Source: Oscillospiraceae bacterium (lineage in GTDB: Bacteria; Bacillota; Clostridia; Oscillospirales; Oscillospiraceae). From it: 64,000 bases of DNA. Where the stretch lies: assembly GCA_050944015.1 (NCBI GenBank), contig JBMNQG010000005.1, positions 432-64,431 on the forward strand, written 5' to 3'. Shown in pieces: positions 38,251 to 47,969 of this stretch. Position 1 is the first letter of the stretch. Each line of letters begins with the position of its first letter. Position numbers and translations under genes: made by a program. Under the pieces are notes generated by a model. That model saw only the letters and a program-made list of their open reading frames with translations, was not told where the DNA came from and did not search any database.

Positions 38251-38880
38251 TTATTTGGTTCCGAAAATCCTGTCGCCTGCATCTCCCAGGCCGGGCACGA
38301 TGTATCCGTGGTCGTTCAGTCTTTCATCCACGGCGGCCACAAAGATTTCAACGTCAGGATGCTCAGACATCATGCGCTCTATCCCCTCCGGCGCGGTAAT
38401 TATGCTCATGAGCTTTATATGCTTGCATCCGTATTCCTTGATAAACTTAACCGCCGCGGCAGCAGAGCCGCCAGTCGCCAGCATGGGGTCTACGATTATT
38501 ACGTCGCGCTCGGCAATGTCGTTAGGCATCTTGCAGTAATACTTTACGGGCTCCAGCGTTTCCGGGTCGCGGTAAATCCCTATATGACCCACCTTGGCGT
38601 TTGGAACCAGGGAAAGCATACCTTCCACCATTCCAAGCCCCGCCCTGAGTATAGGCACCAACGCCAGCTTCTTGCCGGCGATCCGCTTCACCACGGCAGG
38701 TGCTAAGGGCGTGTTTATCTCTACTTCTTCAACGGGCAGGTCGCGGGTGGCCTCATAGCACATCAGCATGGCTATTTCCGATACGATTTCACGGAATTCC
38801 TTTACGCTGGTGTTGGCATCCCTGATAACGGAAAGTTTATGAAGAATAAGCGGGTGGTCCAATACATGCAGTTTGCTCAT
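38251..38880 (-). CDS. upp: Uracil phosphoribosyltransferase
   Basis: 209 aa, [21 protein letters not shown]...[10 protein letters not shown]... Confidence 0.95.
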   Translation of the reverse strand: MSKLHVLDHPLILHKLSVIRDANTSVKEFREIVSEIAMLMCYEATRDLPVEEVEINTPLAPAVVKRIAGKKLALVPILRAGLGMVEGMLSLVPNAKVGHIGIYRDPETLEPVKYYCKMPNDIAERDVIIVDPMLATGGSAAAAVKFIKEYGCKHIKLMSIITAPEGIERMMSEHPDVEIFVAAVDERLNDHGYIVPGLGDAGDRIFGTK

Positions 38881-38900
38881 ACAATTCTTCCTCCGTATTT

Positions 38901-39593
38901 TTATTTCATCCGCTCCTGCCGCTCACGCTCAGCCTGGGAGAGCCGCAGATATTGGGGCAGCAGCTCCCCTGCGGTGCCGGGCTTCTTATCCAGCGAAGCC
39001 ATGGCCACGCCCCAGGCGCTCTGATAAAGCATCGGCTCGGGTGGCAAAAGGGTGGGTAGTTCAAATTTTTTCAGGTAATTATAACACAGCTTTGCGCCAT
39101 CGCCAATGATGAAAATTATTTTTTTATATTTTTTAACATCTTCGGCCAATTCATCCAGTGAAATTGCACGGTCTGCACACAACCTGCGGGGCCTGCCCTC
39201 CGCGAACTCAAAGAGGGCGTTGTACACCTGATTTCTCCGGGCATCCATCACCGGGCATATAATGGCCCCCTCAGGAGCCGCCGCACCGTGCCAGGCCATT
39301 GCCTCCAGCGTGGATACTCCCAAAGCGGGCTTGTCCTTCGCCCAGGCCAATCCCTTCGCCACGGATATCCCTATCCGCACACCTGTAAAGGAACCGGGGC
39401 CCATTGCCACTGCTATCAGGTCCACGTCATCAAGGCTTACCTCGTTATTCCTCAACATGTCCTGAATCATTGGCAGCAGGGTGCGGCTGTGGGTAAGCCC
39501 GCTGTTCTGATAGTATTGAGAAATCAGCTCCCCGTCCCTGCACAGGGCTGCTGACGCGGATTTAGCCGTTGATTCCAGGGCAAGCACAAGCAT
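38901..39593 (-). CDS. tsaB: tRNA t6A37 modification protein TsaB
   Basis: 230 aa, ...[26 protein letters not shown]... Confidence 0.9.
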   Translation of the reverse strand: MLVLALESTAKSASAALCRDGELISQYYQNSGLTHSRTLLPMIQDMLRNNEVSLDDVDLIAVAMGPGSFTGVRIGISVAKGLAWAKDKPALGVSTLEAMAWHGAAAPEGAIICPVMDARRNQVYNALFEFAEGRPRRLCADRAISLDELAEDVKKYKKIIFIIGDGAKLCYNYLKKFELPTLLPPEPMLYQSAWGVAMASLDKKPGTAGELLPQYLRLSQAERERQERMK

Positions 39594-39596
39594 GAT

Positions 39597-40010
39597 TTAC
39601 GCCCCCTCTATACTTATCCTGCGCCGGTTGTCCGAGAGCTTTTCTATCCGGACAACCACCTCGTCGCCGTAAAAGGCGTCCTGAACCTTTTCGCTCCATT
39701 CGACGGCGCAGATACCGCTGCGGGCCAGGTAATCCTCCCAGCCAATGTTGAAAAGCTCGTCGGCGCCGCTCAGGCGGTACATGTCGAAATGGAAAAGGTC
39801 CACTTCTCCCTGGTATTCGTTGACTATGGTAAAAGTAGGGCTGGAAACCCGGCAGTTAAGCCCCAAACCCCGGGCCATTCCCCGGACAAAGGCGGTCTTC
39901 CCCGCCCCCAGGTCGCCGTAAAGGGCGACAACGGCGCCGGGCAAAAGCCTCCTGGCCAGTTCTGCGCCCGCCTGCTCGGTCTCCTCTTCGCTGTTTGTTA
40001 TTATCGTCAT
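39597..40010 (-). CDS. tsaE: tRNA t6A37 modification ATPase TsaE
   Basis: ATG at 40010, 137 aa. P-loop GDLGAGKT, then ...SPTFTIVNEY...FHFDMYRL. The longer ORF in the track is an upstream extension. Confidence 0.9.
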   Translation of the reverse strand: MTIITNSEEETEQAGAELARRLLPGAVVALYGDLGAGKTAFVRGMARGLGLNCRVSSPTFTIVNEYQGEVDLFHFDMYRLSGADELFNIGWEDYLARSGICAVEWSEKVQDAFYGDEVVVRIEKLSDNRRRISIEGA

Positions 40011-40143
40011 AAAGCATACCTGCCTTAAAGTACTGGAATGATACACACAATGTAGTAAGTATATCACTAAAATGGCAATTGCGTAAAGACCATAGTTATG
40101 ATAGAATAATATAGTTTGAAATATACAGGGGGGTGGTACGTGA

Positions 40144-41292
40144 GTGAAAAAAGCCTGGCTTTTTATCCGCAATTTTTTCAAACGCGCGGACATGCTTCTT
40201 TTTGCCCTTTGCACTATATGCACTGTTTTCGGCATTGTTTTAATTTCAAGTGCCACTCTCACATACGGAAACCCTACTAAATATATTATTGTCCAAACCC
40301 TGGCGTATTTTATAGGCGTTGCCCTTTTTGTGATGCTCACAATAATTGATATTGACATTATTGCGGACAAGTGGGCCTTTCTTTTTGTTTTCAATATCTT
40401 TTTCCTCCTGCTGCTAATCCCCTTCGGCGTCGGCGCTGAGGAGACGGGCAACAGGGGCTGGCTTCGGTTTCTGGGCATCGGGATTCAGCCCTCAGAGGTT
40501 GTAAAAGTCGTCTATATAGTGCTGATGGCAAAACACATCAGCTATCTTAAGGAATACAGGAAACTTAACTCGCCCTTTTCAATTGCCCAGCTTGTTTTGC
40601 ATTTCGGCTTCATGTTCGGACTCATAGTCTTTGTATCCGACGACCTGGGCAGCGCCCTGGTGTTCCTCTTTATATTCTTAATCATGCTTTTTGTCGCGGG
40701 CGTCAAGCTGTACTGGTTTGCCATCGGAGGCGCTGTTGTTGCCGCCCTTACCCCCTTTGTGTGGAACAATTTCCTCTCCACCAACCAGAAGGAGAGAATT
40801 CTGGCCCCCTACGTCAGCAGCATTGACCCCACCGGATACGGCATCAAATGGCAGTCCAACCAGAGCAAGCTTGCTCTTGCCAGCGGCCAGCTTACCGGCA
40901 CGGGTTTGTATAATGGCCCCCAAACCCAGTCAAATGCCCTTTCCCAGAAGCACACGGACTTTATTTTCTCCGTTGCCGGGGAAGAACTGGGCATGATAGC
41001 CTGCTGCGTAATAATTCTGCTTCTGCTTTTAATAGTTATCCGCTGCGTCTATATCGGCATCAAGTCCAGAAACACCATGAACATGCTTGTCTGCTTTGGC
41101 GTGGCGTCGGTCATCTTTTTCCAGACCTTTGAAAACATAGGCATGTGCATAGGCATTACCCCGGTCATTGGAATAACACTCCCCTTCTTCAGCTACGGAG
41201 GCTCCTCCCTGTTCTCCCTGTTCGCCGCCATGGGACTTGTCTCAGGCATTAAATTCCGTCCCAAGCCCGAACGGTTCCACAGCAACTTTTAG
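40144..41292 (+). CDS. FtsW/RodA/SpoVE-family peptidoglycan glycosyltransferase
   Basis: 382 aa, GTG start, polytopic. ...GIQPSEVVKV... and ...TDFIFSVAGEELG... motifs. Confidence 0.85.
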   Translation: MKKAWLFIRNFFKRADMLLFALCTICTVFGIVLISSATLTYGNPTKYIIVQTLAYFIGVALFVMLTIIDIDIIADKWAFLFVFNIFFLLLLIPFGVGAEETGNRGWLRFLGIGIQPSEVVKVVYIVLMAKHISYLKEYRKLNSPFSIAQLVLHFGFMFGLIVFVSDDLGSALVFLFIFLIMLFVAGVKLYWFAIGGAVVAALTPFVWNNFLSTNQKERILAPYVSSIDPTGYGIKWQSNQSKLALASGQLTGTGLYNGPQTQSNALSQKHTDFIFSVAGEELGMIACCVIILLLLLIVIRCVYIGIKSRNTMNMLVCFGVASVIFFQTFENIGMCIGITPVIGITLPFFSYGGSSLFSLFAAMGLVSGIKFRPKPERFHSNF

Positions 41293-41310
41293 AGAAACAA
41301 ATCATGATAT

Positions 41311-41340
41311 TGCCCCGGTACTGACCGGGGCATTTATATT
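41311..41340 (+). terminator. Rho-independent terminator
   Basis: TGCCCCGG-N6-CCGGGGCA followed by TTTATATT. Confidence 0.7.
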
Positions 41341-41348
41341 GGCCTTTT

Positions 41349-41774
41349 TCAATCCCCGCCCTTGGCCGGCGCCTCGCAGTATATACAACGGTAGGCGCAG
41401 GATTCCTTGTCCACAAGCCGGAAAATCTGGTCGATTTCCTGCTCCGTTGTAGTAATGCAGCGGGGGTTTTTGCATTTGAGTATGTTTTTCAGCTCCTGGG
41501 GAGGCTCAAGTTTCATTTTTTTCATTACTTTCTCGTCTCTGACTATGTTGACCGTTATATGAGGGTCCAGATAGCCCAGCACGTTCAAATCCACGTCAAT
41601 TATCTCGTCGATTTTGATAATGTCCTTTTTCCCGTACTTGGTGCTTCTCACGTTCTTAATAATGGCAACGCAGCTGTCGAGCCTGTCCAGCTGAAGATAA
41701 TGGTAGATTTCCATGCTCCTGCCCGCGGCAATGTGGTCTATTACAATGCCGTTTCTCACGCCGTCAATGTTCAT
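41349..41774 (-). CDS. pyrI: Aspartate carbamoyltransferase regulatory subunit
   Basis: ATG at 41774 in an ATGA overlap with the pyrB stop. [15 protein letters not shown]... with a C-terminal Zn cysteine cluster C..C...C..C. Confidence 0.9.
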   Translation of the reverse strand: MNIDGVRNGIVIDHIAAGRSMEIYHYLQLDRLDSCVAIIKNVRSTKYGKKDIIKIDEIIDVDLNVLGYLDPHITVNIVRDEKVMKKMKLEPPQELKNILKCKNPRCITTTEQEIDQIFRLVDKESCAYRCIYCEAPAKGGD

Positions 41775-42685
41775 TTCTGCACCTCCAGCAGCATCATGAT
41801 GAGGGCCATGCGGATAAACTTGCCGTATTTCACCTGCTTGAAATAGCACGCTCTGGGGTCATCGTCCACTTTGACAGATATTTCATTTACTCGTGGCAGC
41901 GGGTGCAAAATGGCCAAATCGGGCTTTGTGTTCTTCAGCTTATCCGGGTCGAGTATGAAGCTGTCCTTAAGGCGTATGTAATCTGCCTCGTTAAAGAAGC
42001 GCTCCTTCTGGACCCTGGTCATATAGAGAATATCCAGCTCTGGAAGGGCGGACTCCAAATCCTGCGTTTCAATCCACTCAACATTTTTCTTTTCAAGCAC
42101 GTGGCGCACGTAGCCCGGCAGTCGAAGCTCTTCCGGAGAAATGAGGATGAACTTTACATCTTCATAGCAGGACATGGCGGTTATCAGGGAGTGGACGGTG
42201 CGGCCGAATTTCAGGTCTCCGCAAAGGCCTATGGTGAGGTTATCCAGCCTCCCCTTTTCCCGGTGTATGGTTAGCAGGTCGGTAAGGGTTTGCGTGGGGT
42301 GATTGTGCCCGCCGTCCCCGGCGTTTATTATGGGCACACTGGAGCGCTGGGATGCCAGCAGGGGCGCTCCCTCCTTGGGGTGACGCATGGCAATGATGTC
42401 CGCGTAGCAGCACACAGTGCGTATCGTGTCCGAAACGCTCTCCCCTTTTGCCACCGAGCTGGACTCGGCCTGGGAAAAGCCCAAAACGGCCCCGCCCAAA
42501 TCCAGCATGGCGGCCTCGAAACTAAGGCGCGTCCTTGTGCTGGGCTCAAAAAACAGCGTCGCCAGCTTTTCCCCCCTGCAGACCTGGGCATAGTCCTGCG
42601 GATGGCTCATAATGTCCTCGGCCAGCAAAATAAGACCTTCAATTTCCTCCGTGGTCAGGTCGGCAATGTCGATAAGATGCCTCAT
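41771..42685 (-). CDS. pyrB: Aspartate carbamoyltransferase catalytic subunit
   Basis: ATG at 42685 in an ATGA overlap with the pyrE stop. ...[13 protein letters not shown]...HPTQ... Confidence 0.95.
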   Translation of the reverse strand: MRHLIDIADLTTEEIEGLILLAEDIMSHPQDYAQVCRGEKLATLFFEPSTRTRLSFEAAMLDLGGAVLGFSQAESSSVAKGESVSDTIRTVCCYADIIAMRHPKEGAPLLASQRSSVPIINAGDGGHNHPTQTLTDLLTIHREKGRLDNLTIGLCGDLKFGRTVHSLITAMSCYEDVKFILISPEELRLPGYVRHVLEKKNVEWIETQDLESALPELDILYMTRVQKERFFNEADYIRLKDSFILDPDKLKNTKPDLAILHPLPRVNEISVKVDDDPRACYFKQVKYGKFIRMALIMMLLEVQK

Positions 42686-43323
42686 TCCATCAGTCCTTTC
42701 ATCCAACTGGTGTCCGTAGGGTTATCCCTAAAGGCAATGAGCCTTTTTACATCCTCCGGCTTTATATAGCCAAGCTCCGCCGCAAGCACAACCAGCGCGT
42801 CAAAATCAGTAAGGCTCACATGTTCAAGACCGGCCTGCGCCAGCCTTTCCCTGCTCTCTTTCATCCCGTATGTAAATATGGACGCCACCCCCAAAACCTC
42901 GGCGCCGGCCTCTCTTATCGCCTCCGCCGCATCTATGGCGCTGCCGCCGGTGGACACAAGGTCTTCCACCACCACGGTTTTCTGGCCAGGGGACAGCTTC
43001 CCCTCAATTCGGTTGCCCCTGCCGTGGTCCTTAGGGCTTGGGCGGACATATCCCATGGGCAGCCCCATCAGATGGGCGGCAATGGCTGCATGTGCTATGC
43101 CTGCGGTGGCCGTGCCCATGATGAGCTCGCATTCCGGCCAGGTGGCGGTAATCACCGCCGCAAGGGCCTGCTCTACCCTGCCTCGCACCGGGGGATTTGT
43201 GAGAATTAGGCGATTATCACAATAAATGGGGCTTTTTATTCCGCTTGCCCAGGTGAAAGGCTCGTCGGGCCGCAGAAAAACCGCCCCAATGGACAAAAGG
43301 TCCTGGGCAATCTGCCTTTTCAT
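42682..43323 (-). CDS. pyrE: Orotate phosphoribosyltransferase
   Basis: 213 aa, ...[16 protein letters not shown]...[11 protein letters not shown]... Confidence 0.95.
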   Translation of the reverse strand: MKRQIAQDLLSIGAVFLRPDEPFTWASGIKSPIYCDNRLILTNPPVRGRVEQALAAVITATWPECELIMGTATAGIAHAAIAAHLMGLPMGYVRPSPKDHGRGNRIEGKLSPGQKTVVVEDLVSTGGSAIDAAEAIREAGAEVLGVASIFTYGMKESRERLAQAGLEHVSLTDFDALVVLAAELGYIKPEDVKRLIAFRDNPTDTSWMKGLME

Positions 43324-44024
43324 GACTCGCCTCCCAGAAACTCCTGCAGGCAGAGCTCATATGCCGCCAGAGGGTCGTTGCTTCCGGTTATGGGCCTGCC
43401 CACCACAATATAGTCGCTGCCCATTTTCCTGGCAGCACCGGGTGCTGCCACACGTTTTTGGTCGTCTCCTGCTGCGCCGTCGAAACGTATGCCGGGCGTA
43501 ACAGTAATGAAACGCTCCCCGCAGGCTTCTTTAATCCTTCGCGCCTCCAGTGCGGAACATACCACGCCGTCCAGCCCCGCCTCTGCGGCGTTTTTCGCGT
43601 AGTGGAGCACCGTCTCCTCCATCGGCCTGGATATGAGCAGCTCCCTTTCCAGCATTTCCGGTCCGGTGGAGGTAAGCTGGGTCACAGCAACCAGCAGCGG
43701 CCGGCTCCCGTCGGGCCGCGTGAGCCCCTCCAGGGCGGCCTCCATCATCTCCCGTCCCCCGGCGGCGTGAAGGTTCACCATGTCTACGCCCATTCTGGAA
43801 ATCTGGGCCATGGCCCTCCCGACGGTGTTGGGGGTGTCGTGGAGCTTCAAGTCAAGAAATATCCGATGCCCCCGGTTTCTTAGGATGTTAACCACTCTCG
43901 GCGACGCAAAGTAAAGCTCCATGCCCACCTTCACATAGGGGCGCAGCGGGCCGAACTTTTCAAGGAAAGCCAGGGCTTGTACCTCGGTTGGAAAATCCAG
44001 CGCAATAATCACGTCTTTAGCCAT
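43320..44024 (-). CDS. pyrF: Orotidine 5'-phosphate decarboxylase
   Basis: 234 aa, ...IIALDF...VKVGMELY...FLDLKLHDTPNTV... Confidence 0.95.
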   Translation of the reverse strand: MAKDVIIALDFPTEVQALAFLEKFGPLRPYVKVGMELYFASPRVVNILRNRGHRIFLDLKLHDTPNTVGRAMAQISRMGVDMVNLHAAGGREMMEAALEGLTRPDGSRPLLVAVTQLTSTGPEMLERELLISRPMEETVLHYAKNAAEAGLDGVVCSALEARRIKEACGERFITVTPGIRFDGAAGDDQKRVAAPGAARKMGSDYIVVGRPITGSNDPLAAYELCLQEFLGGES

Positions 44025-44034
44025 GCTTATAACC

Positions 44035-44946
44035 TCACTCAGCAGTATTTATTATGTCAACCAAATTTTGAATTTTCAGCTTTTCCATAAGAGCAGGCAG
44101 CTCTTCAATAATCCGGCAGCAGGCCATTGGGTCTCTCAGGTTTTCGGAGCCCACCTGAACGGCCGCGGCGCCCGCCGTCATCATTTCTATAACGTCTTCG
44201 GCTTTTGAGATTCCGCCCACTCCCATTATTGGAATTTTCACCGCCCGGCTTACCTGATACACCATCCGGAGGGCCACCGGAAATATGGCACTGCCGGAAA
44301 AACCGCCGATTTTGCTAGCAAGCACGGGACTTTTCGTCCTGATGTCTATCCGCATTCCCAGCAGCGTATTGATAAGAGTCAGCCCGTCCGCCCCCGCCTG
44401 CTCGCAGGCCACGGCAATCTCGGTGATGTCGGCAACATTCGGGCTGAGCTTTACAAATATGGGTGTTTTCTTTGCTGCGGCCTTCGCCGCCCGGGTAACC
44501 TCCGCCGCCAGCTTGGGGTCGGAGCCGAAGCTCATGCCTCCCCCCTCCACGTTGGGGCAGCTGATGTTTACCTCAATTATGTCAACCAACCCGTCGATCT
44601 TCCCGCAGCAAATGGCATATTCCTCCACTGAAAATCCGCTTATGTTTGCAACAACCGGACCGTGGTAAAACTCCCGGAGCCTGGGCAGCTCCTGTTCGAT
44701 TACCGCGTCAATGCCGGGGTTTTGCAACCCCACGGAATTGAGCATGCCTGAGGTGCATTCCGCAACCCGTGGCGTGGGGTTGCCGAAGCGGGGACGGGCG
44801 GTGGTTCCCTTGAGCACAATTGCCCCCAGGATATTGGGGTCGTAAAAATCCAGGTACTCCCCGCCGAACCCGTACACGCCGCTGGCGGGCATGACGGGGT
44901 TTTTCAATCTTACCCCGCACAGGGAAACCTCTGTGTTCCTCACCAT
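44035..44946 (-). CDS. pyrD: Dihydroorotate dehydrogenase, class 1B catalytic subunit
   Basis: ATG at 44946 (MVRNTEVSLCGVRLKNPVMPASG...), overlapping the pyrK stop. Confidence 0.9.
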   Translation of the reverse strand: MVRNTEVSLCGVRLKNPVMPASGVYGFGGEYLDFYDPNILGAIVLKGTTARPRFGNPTPRVAECTSGMLNSVGLQNPGIDAVIEQELPRLREFYHGPVVANISGFSVEEYAICCGKIDGLVDIIEVNISCPNVEGGGMSFGSDPKLAAEVTRAAKAAAKKTPIFVKLSPNVADITEIAVACEQAGADGLTLINTLLGMRIDIRTKSPVLASKIGGFSGSAIFPVALRMVYQVSRAVKIPIMGVGGISKAEDVIEMMTAGAAAVQVGSENLRDPMACCRIIEELPALMEKLKIQNLVDIINTAE

Positions 44947-45680
44947 TTTATCTCCCCTTTTTTCAGCACAGGACCCTCCTTGCAGATGCGTTTGGGGCCG
45001 TATTTCGTCTCGCATGAGCAGCACATGCAGGCCCCGAAGCCGCAGGCCATGCGCTCTTCAAAGCTGTACTGCCCGTCCGCTTCGGACAGGTAGTAGGCAG
45101 CCCGGAGCATGGGCTCCGGCCCGCAGGCGAATATATAGTCGTACTTTAACCCGATTCGCCTGACGGTGTCGGTAACGGTGCCGCGAGCCCCCATGCTGCC
45201 GTCCATCGTTGAGACCGTCACGGGCACTCCCAGTTCCGCCAGCTCAGCCGCCAAAAAGACCTCGTCGGCGCTGTTGAAGCCCAGGGCCGCCCTGGGCTTT
45301 GCCCCCGCCTCCAGCAGTTTTTCTGCCAGCCAAAACAAAGGTGCGGCCCCTGCCCCGCCACCTATAAGCAGGGGACTCTTGCCTGATTCCGAAATGTCGA
45401 AGCCGTTTCCCAGGCCGGTTAAGACGTCCAGGCCCGTGCCCGGCTCCCTTTGGGACAGCCGGTATGTGCCGCTGCCCACCATCTTGTACACCAGCGTCAT
45501 GGATTCGGTGCTGGCACGGCAGACAGAGAGGGGCCGGCGAAGATAATGCCCCTCAACGGCAATGTTCACAAACTGCCCGGGGGTTGTGACGGCTGAACAG
45601 TCGCCGAACAGGACGATGCTGTAGGTATCTTTCGCCACCTGTCTGTTTTCCAAAATGTCAAACCTGCAAAGCTTGCTCAT
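44940..45680 (-). CDS. pyrK: Dihydroorotate dehydrogenase electron-transfer subunit
   Basis: 246 aa. C-terminal 2Fe-2S cysteine cluster (CGFGACMCCSC). Confidence 0.9.
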   Translation of the reverse strand: MSKLCRFDILENRQVAKDTYSIVLFGDCSAVTTPGQFVNIAVEGHYLRRPLSVCRASTESMTLVYKMVGSGTYRLSQREPGTGLDVLTGLGNGFDISESGKSPLLIGGGAGAAPLFWLAEKLLEAGAKPRAALGFNSADEVFLAAELAELGVPVTVSTMDGSMGARGTVTDTVRRIGLKYDYIFACGPEPMLRAAYYLSEADGQYSFEERMACGFGACMCCSCETKYGPKRICKEGPVLKKGEIKW

Positions 45681-46965
45681 TTTTCACCTCCGGGGCCTCC
45701 CTGTTCCAGACAAGCCTGCCCTTATAAAAAGTCATTACGGTTTCGCCGTACACCCGCCAGCCCTCGAAGGGAGTCGACCGGCCTTTGGACAGAAAACTCG
45801 ACTGGTCAACAACATACCTTACGGTGGGGTCAAATACTGTCAAATCCGCATATTCTCCCGCCTTTATCTCCCCGCCGCCCAGCTTGAACCTCCTGCGGGG
45901 CGCAAGGCACATGAGTTCAACGAGCTTTTCAATGGTAATAATGCCCGGCCTTACAAGGCGGGTAAACAGCACCGGGAGTGCGGTTTCAAGCCCCACTATG
46001 CCCATCAGGCTGTCCTTCAGGCCGCGGCTCTTTTCCGCTTCCGAATGGGGGGCGTGGTCCGTGGCTATCATGTCTATCGTGCCGTCCATAATGCCCTCCA
46101 ACAGCGCCTGACGGTCCGCCTCTCCCCTTATGGGAGGGTTCATTTTGAAGCACCCCTCATCCATAAGGTCTTCATCGCAAAGGAGCAGATAGTGAGGCGC
46201 CGTCTCGCAGCTAACCGGGAGGCCATCGGCCTTTGCCCGGCGGACCAGTTCTACCCCCTCTTTGGTGGAAACGTGGCAGACATGATAACTGCTGCCGGTT
46301 TCCCGGACCAGCTTTATATCCCGCTCAATCTGCCGCCATTCGCTCTCAGGTGGTATGCCCCGATGCCCCCGGCGCCTGGCGTATTCCCCGTCGTGTACGT
46401 ACCCGCCCTTTGCCAGGCTCTCGTCTTCGCAATGGGCGGCTATGATTTTCCCCAGCCGGGCAGCCACGGTCATGGCGGCCCTCATTGTTTCTGCCTCCTG
46501 AACGCCTTTTCCATCGTCGGAAAAGCCCGCCACATGGGGGGCCATTGCCTCAAGCTCCGCAAGCTCACCTCTGCCCGTGCCTCCCCGGGTTATGCAGCCA
46601 AAAGGACGCACGGCTACGCGGGCGCCGGCTGCAATAAGCTTTAACTCCTCTTCCAAATGTTTCAGGGTATCCGGCGGGGGGCTCAGGTTGGGCATGGCGC
46701 ACAGGGCAGTATATCCGCCTCTTGCGGCGGCGGCGGTTCCAGCGTCAATAGTTTCCTTATAAGAAAAACCCGGCTCTCGCAGATGAACATGCACATCCGC
46801 AAGACCGGGGAATATGTAATACTGTGAGCAATCTGTAACGCTATCAAATTCAGTAAAGGCAATTCCGGGAGCCAAAGCCTCCACTCTGCCATCCTTAATG
46901 GAAATGTCCATACGGGAAAACTTACCCTCATGAAAGACAAGTCCGTTTTTCAGAATTACCCTCAA
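45658..46965 (-). CDS. pyrC: Dihydroorotase
   Basis: 435 aa, TTG start 8 nt after GGAGG. ...PGLADVHVHLREPG... Confidence 0.9.
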   Translation of the reverse strand: MRVILKNGLVFHEGKFSRMDISIKDGRVEALAPGIAFTEFDSVTDCSQYYIFPGLADVHVHLREPGFSYKETIDAGTAAAARGGYTALCAMPNLSPPPDTLKHLEEELKLIAAGARVAVRPFGCITRGGTGRGELAELEAMAPHVAGFSDDGKGVQEAETMRAAMTVAARLGKIIAAHCEDESLAKGGYVHDGEYARRRGHRGIPPESEWRQIERDIKLVRETGSSYHVCHVSTKEGVELVRRAKADGLPVSCETAPHYLLLCDEDLMDEGCFKMNPPIRGEADRQALLEGIMDGTIDMIATDHAPHSEAEKSRGLKDSLMGIVGLETALPVLFTRLVRPGIITIEKLVELMCLAPRRRFKLGGGEIKAGEYADLTVFDPTVRYVVDQSSFLSKGRSTPFEGWRVYGETVMTFYKGRLVWNREAPEVKNEQALQV

Positions 46966-46990
46966 GCTGGAAACCTCCTAGGTTTTTTTT

Positions 46991-47019
46991 ATTATATAAT
47001 CTGATAATTTTAACGTCAA
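46991..47019 (-). promoter_or_regulatory. Near-consensus sigma-A promoter of the pyr operon (TTGACG-17 nt-TATAAT)
   Basis: Minus-strand -35 at 47014-47019 and -10 at 46991-46996, with a 17-nt spacer. Confidence 0.65.
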
Positions 47020-47090
47020 TATACAAAACGAATAATTTGCGCCTTTTTTCATGAACCCTTTTGGGAACAGTGCCACACGCGCAAACGGCA

Positions 47091-47123
47091 AAAACAGCTT
47101 GACGACGGGCATCAAGCTGTTTT
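47091..47123. terminator. Bidirectional terminator (ACAGCTTGA-N9-TCAAGCTGT flanked by A and T runs)
   Basis: Stem 47094-47102 / 47112-47120. Lies downstream of the gene ending at 47144. Confidence 0.8.
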
Positions 47124-47143
47124 TTCTTTTACCTGCCTTTATC

Positions 47144-47644
47144 TTACTTTAAAGGACGCCTTCCGTAGCCCATATCCCTCAGCATATCCGCCAAAAGGTG
47201 CAGGCGCTCGGAAATAAGCTCGTCGTCTCTGGACAGGGCGTCGAAAAAAAGTTTAATATCCTCGTCAATCAACTCATTATCCGTACAAACCTTTACCGTC
47301 ATGGCGTCCCCCTGGAGGCCTATGCGCTCTAAATGCGGCTTCGTCTCATCATACAGTTTCGGGTAACGGTACGCCTCCTCCATAAAATAACGCCTTGCGC
47401 TGCAGATTAAAATCGCCAAGTCCAAAACGCGGTGCAGAGGCAGCTCCTCCGATTGCCGGGACCACTTCTCCCCCGTGTAGCGCCAGACCTTGGCCGATAT
47501 GTCCACCCTGCCCCGGTCATTCCACTGGGCAAGCCCCAGGGACAGGCCCTTGGCATCGCTGCCGCCGCTGCTGCGCCCGTCAATGTTCCCGTAATCCTCG
47601 GCAACAATAACAGGTTTATGTTTTAAAGTCGTGGGTATCTTCAT
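47144..47644 (-). CDS. Conserved hypothetical protein (recalled as DUF6530-like; not verified)
   Basis: 166-aa ORF with its own terminator. No motif I can assign. Confidence 0.6.
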   Translation of the reverse strand: MKIPTTLKHKPVIVAEDYGNIDGRSSGGSDAKGLSLGLAQWNDRGRVDISAKVWRYTGEKWSRQSEELPLHRVLDLAILICSARRYFMEEAYRYPKLYDETKPHLERIGLQGDAMTVKVCTDNELIDEDIKLFFDALSRDDELISERLHLLADMLRDMGYGRRPLK

Positions 47645-47682
47645 AACAAAAATCCTTTCTTCGCTTCCTTTCCGCGATGTAA

Positions 47683-47721
47683 TTAGTATATTAGTAACTT
47701 AGTAAATTACTAATATACTAA
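47683..47721. repeat. 39-bp palindrome built from five 8-bp-phased hexamers (TTAGTA x3, then TACTAA x2)
   Basis: Positions 47683-47697 pair perfectly with 47707-47721. Only one mismatched pair (47698/47706) occurs in the whole dyad. It lies 39-77 nt upstream of the ATG at 47644. Confidence 0.85.
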
Positions 47722-47764
47722 CTCGTTTTATCTGTTTTGTCAAGACGGTTTGGGGGCGACGGCA

Positions 47765-47794
47765 CAAAAAAATGCCGCCTGGTTAAGGCGACAT
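47765..47794 (-). terminator. Rho-independent terminator of the N/Q-rich sORF
   Basis: Minus-strand stem AUGUCGCCU / AGGCGGCAU (one G-U pair), loop UAACC, followed by U7. Confidence 0.8.
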
Positions 47795-47810
47795 TTTTTC
47801 GCTGTTTATA

Positions 47811-47969
47811 CTAAAACTCGCTGTCCTCGTACGGATTCTTTCTTTTATTAATCTGGTTGTTCCTGTTTTTATTGTTTTGGTTGTTCTGTTGGTTGGTTTT
47901 GTTTTGGTTATTCTGGTTATTTTGCTTTTGATTTTTTGCCCGCTTGTCTTGCTGGGTGTCTTTCGACAT
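47811..47969 (-). CDS. Unlisted 52-codon sORF encoding a basic Asn/Gln-rich peptide (possible small spore protein)
   Basis: GAGGTG RBS 5 nt before the ATG at 47969. Encodes MSKDTQQDKRAKNQKQNNQNNQNKTNQQNNQNNKNRNNQINKRKNPYEDSEF, with stop TAG at 47811-47813 and a terminator 17 nt later. The overlapping 64-aa track ORF starts at a GTG inside this RBS and has no RBS of its own. Confidence 0.6.
   Translation of the reverse strand: MSKDTQQDKRAKNQKQNNQNNQNKTNQQNNQNNKNRNNQINKRKNPYEDSEF

Noticed and set aside
46966-47143. PyrR-type attenuator upstream of the pyr operon
   Set aside because: I found no PyrR binding-loop-like sequence (ARUCCAGAGAGG-type). The only hairpin is the terminator belonging to the upstream gene, and no pyrR gene is in the window.
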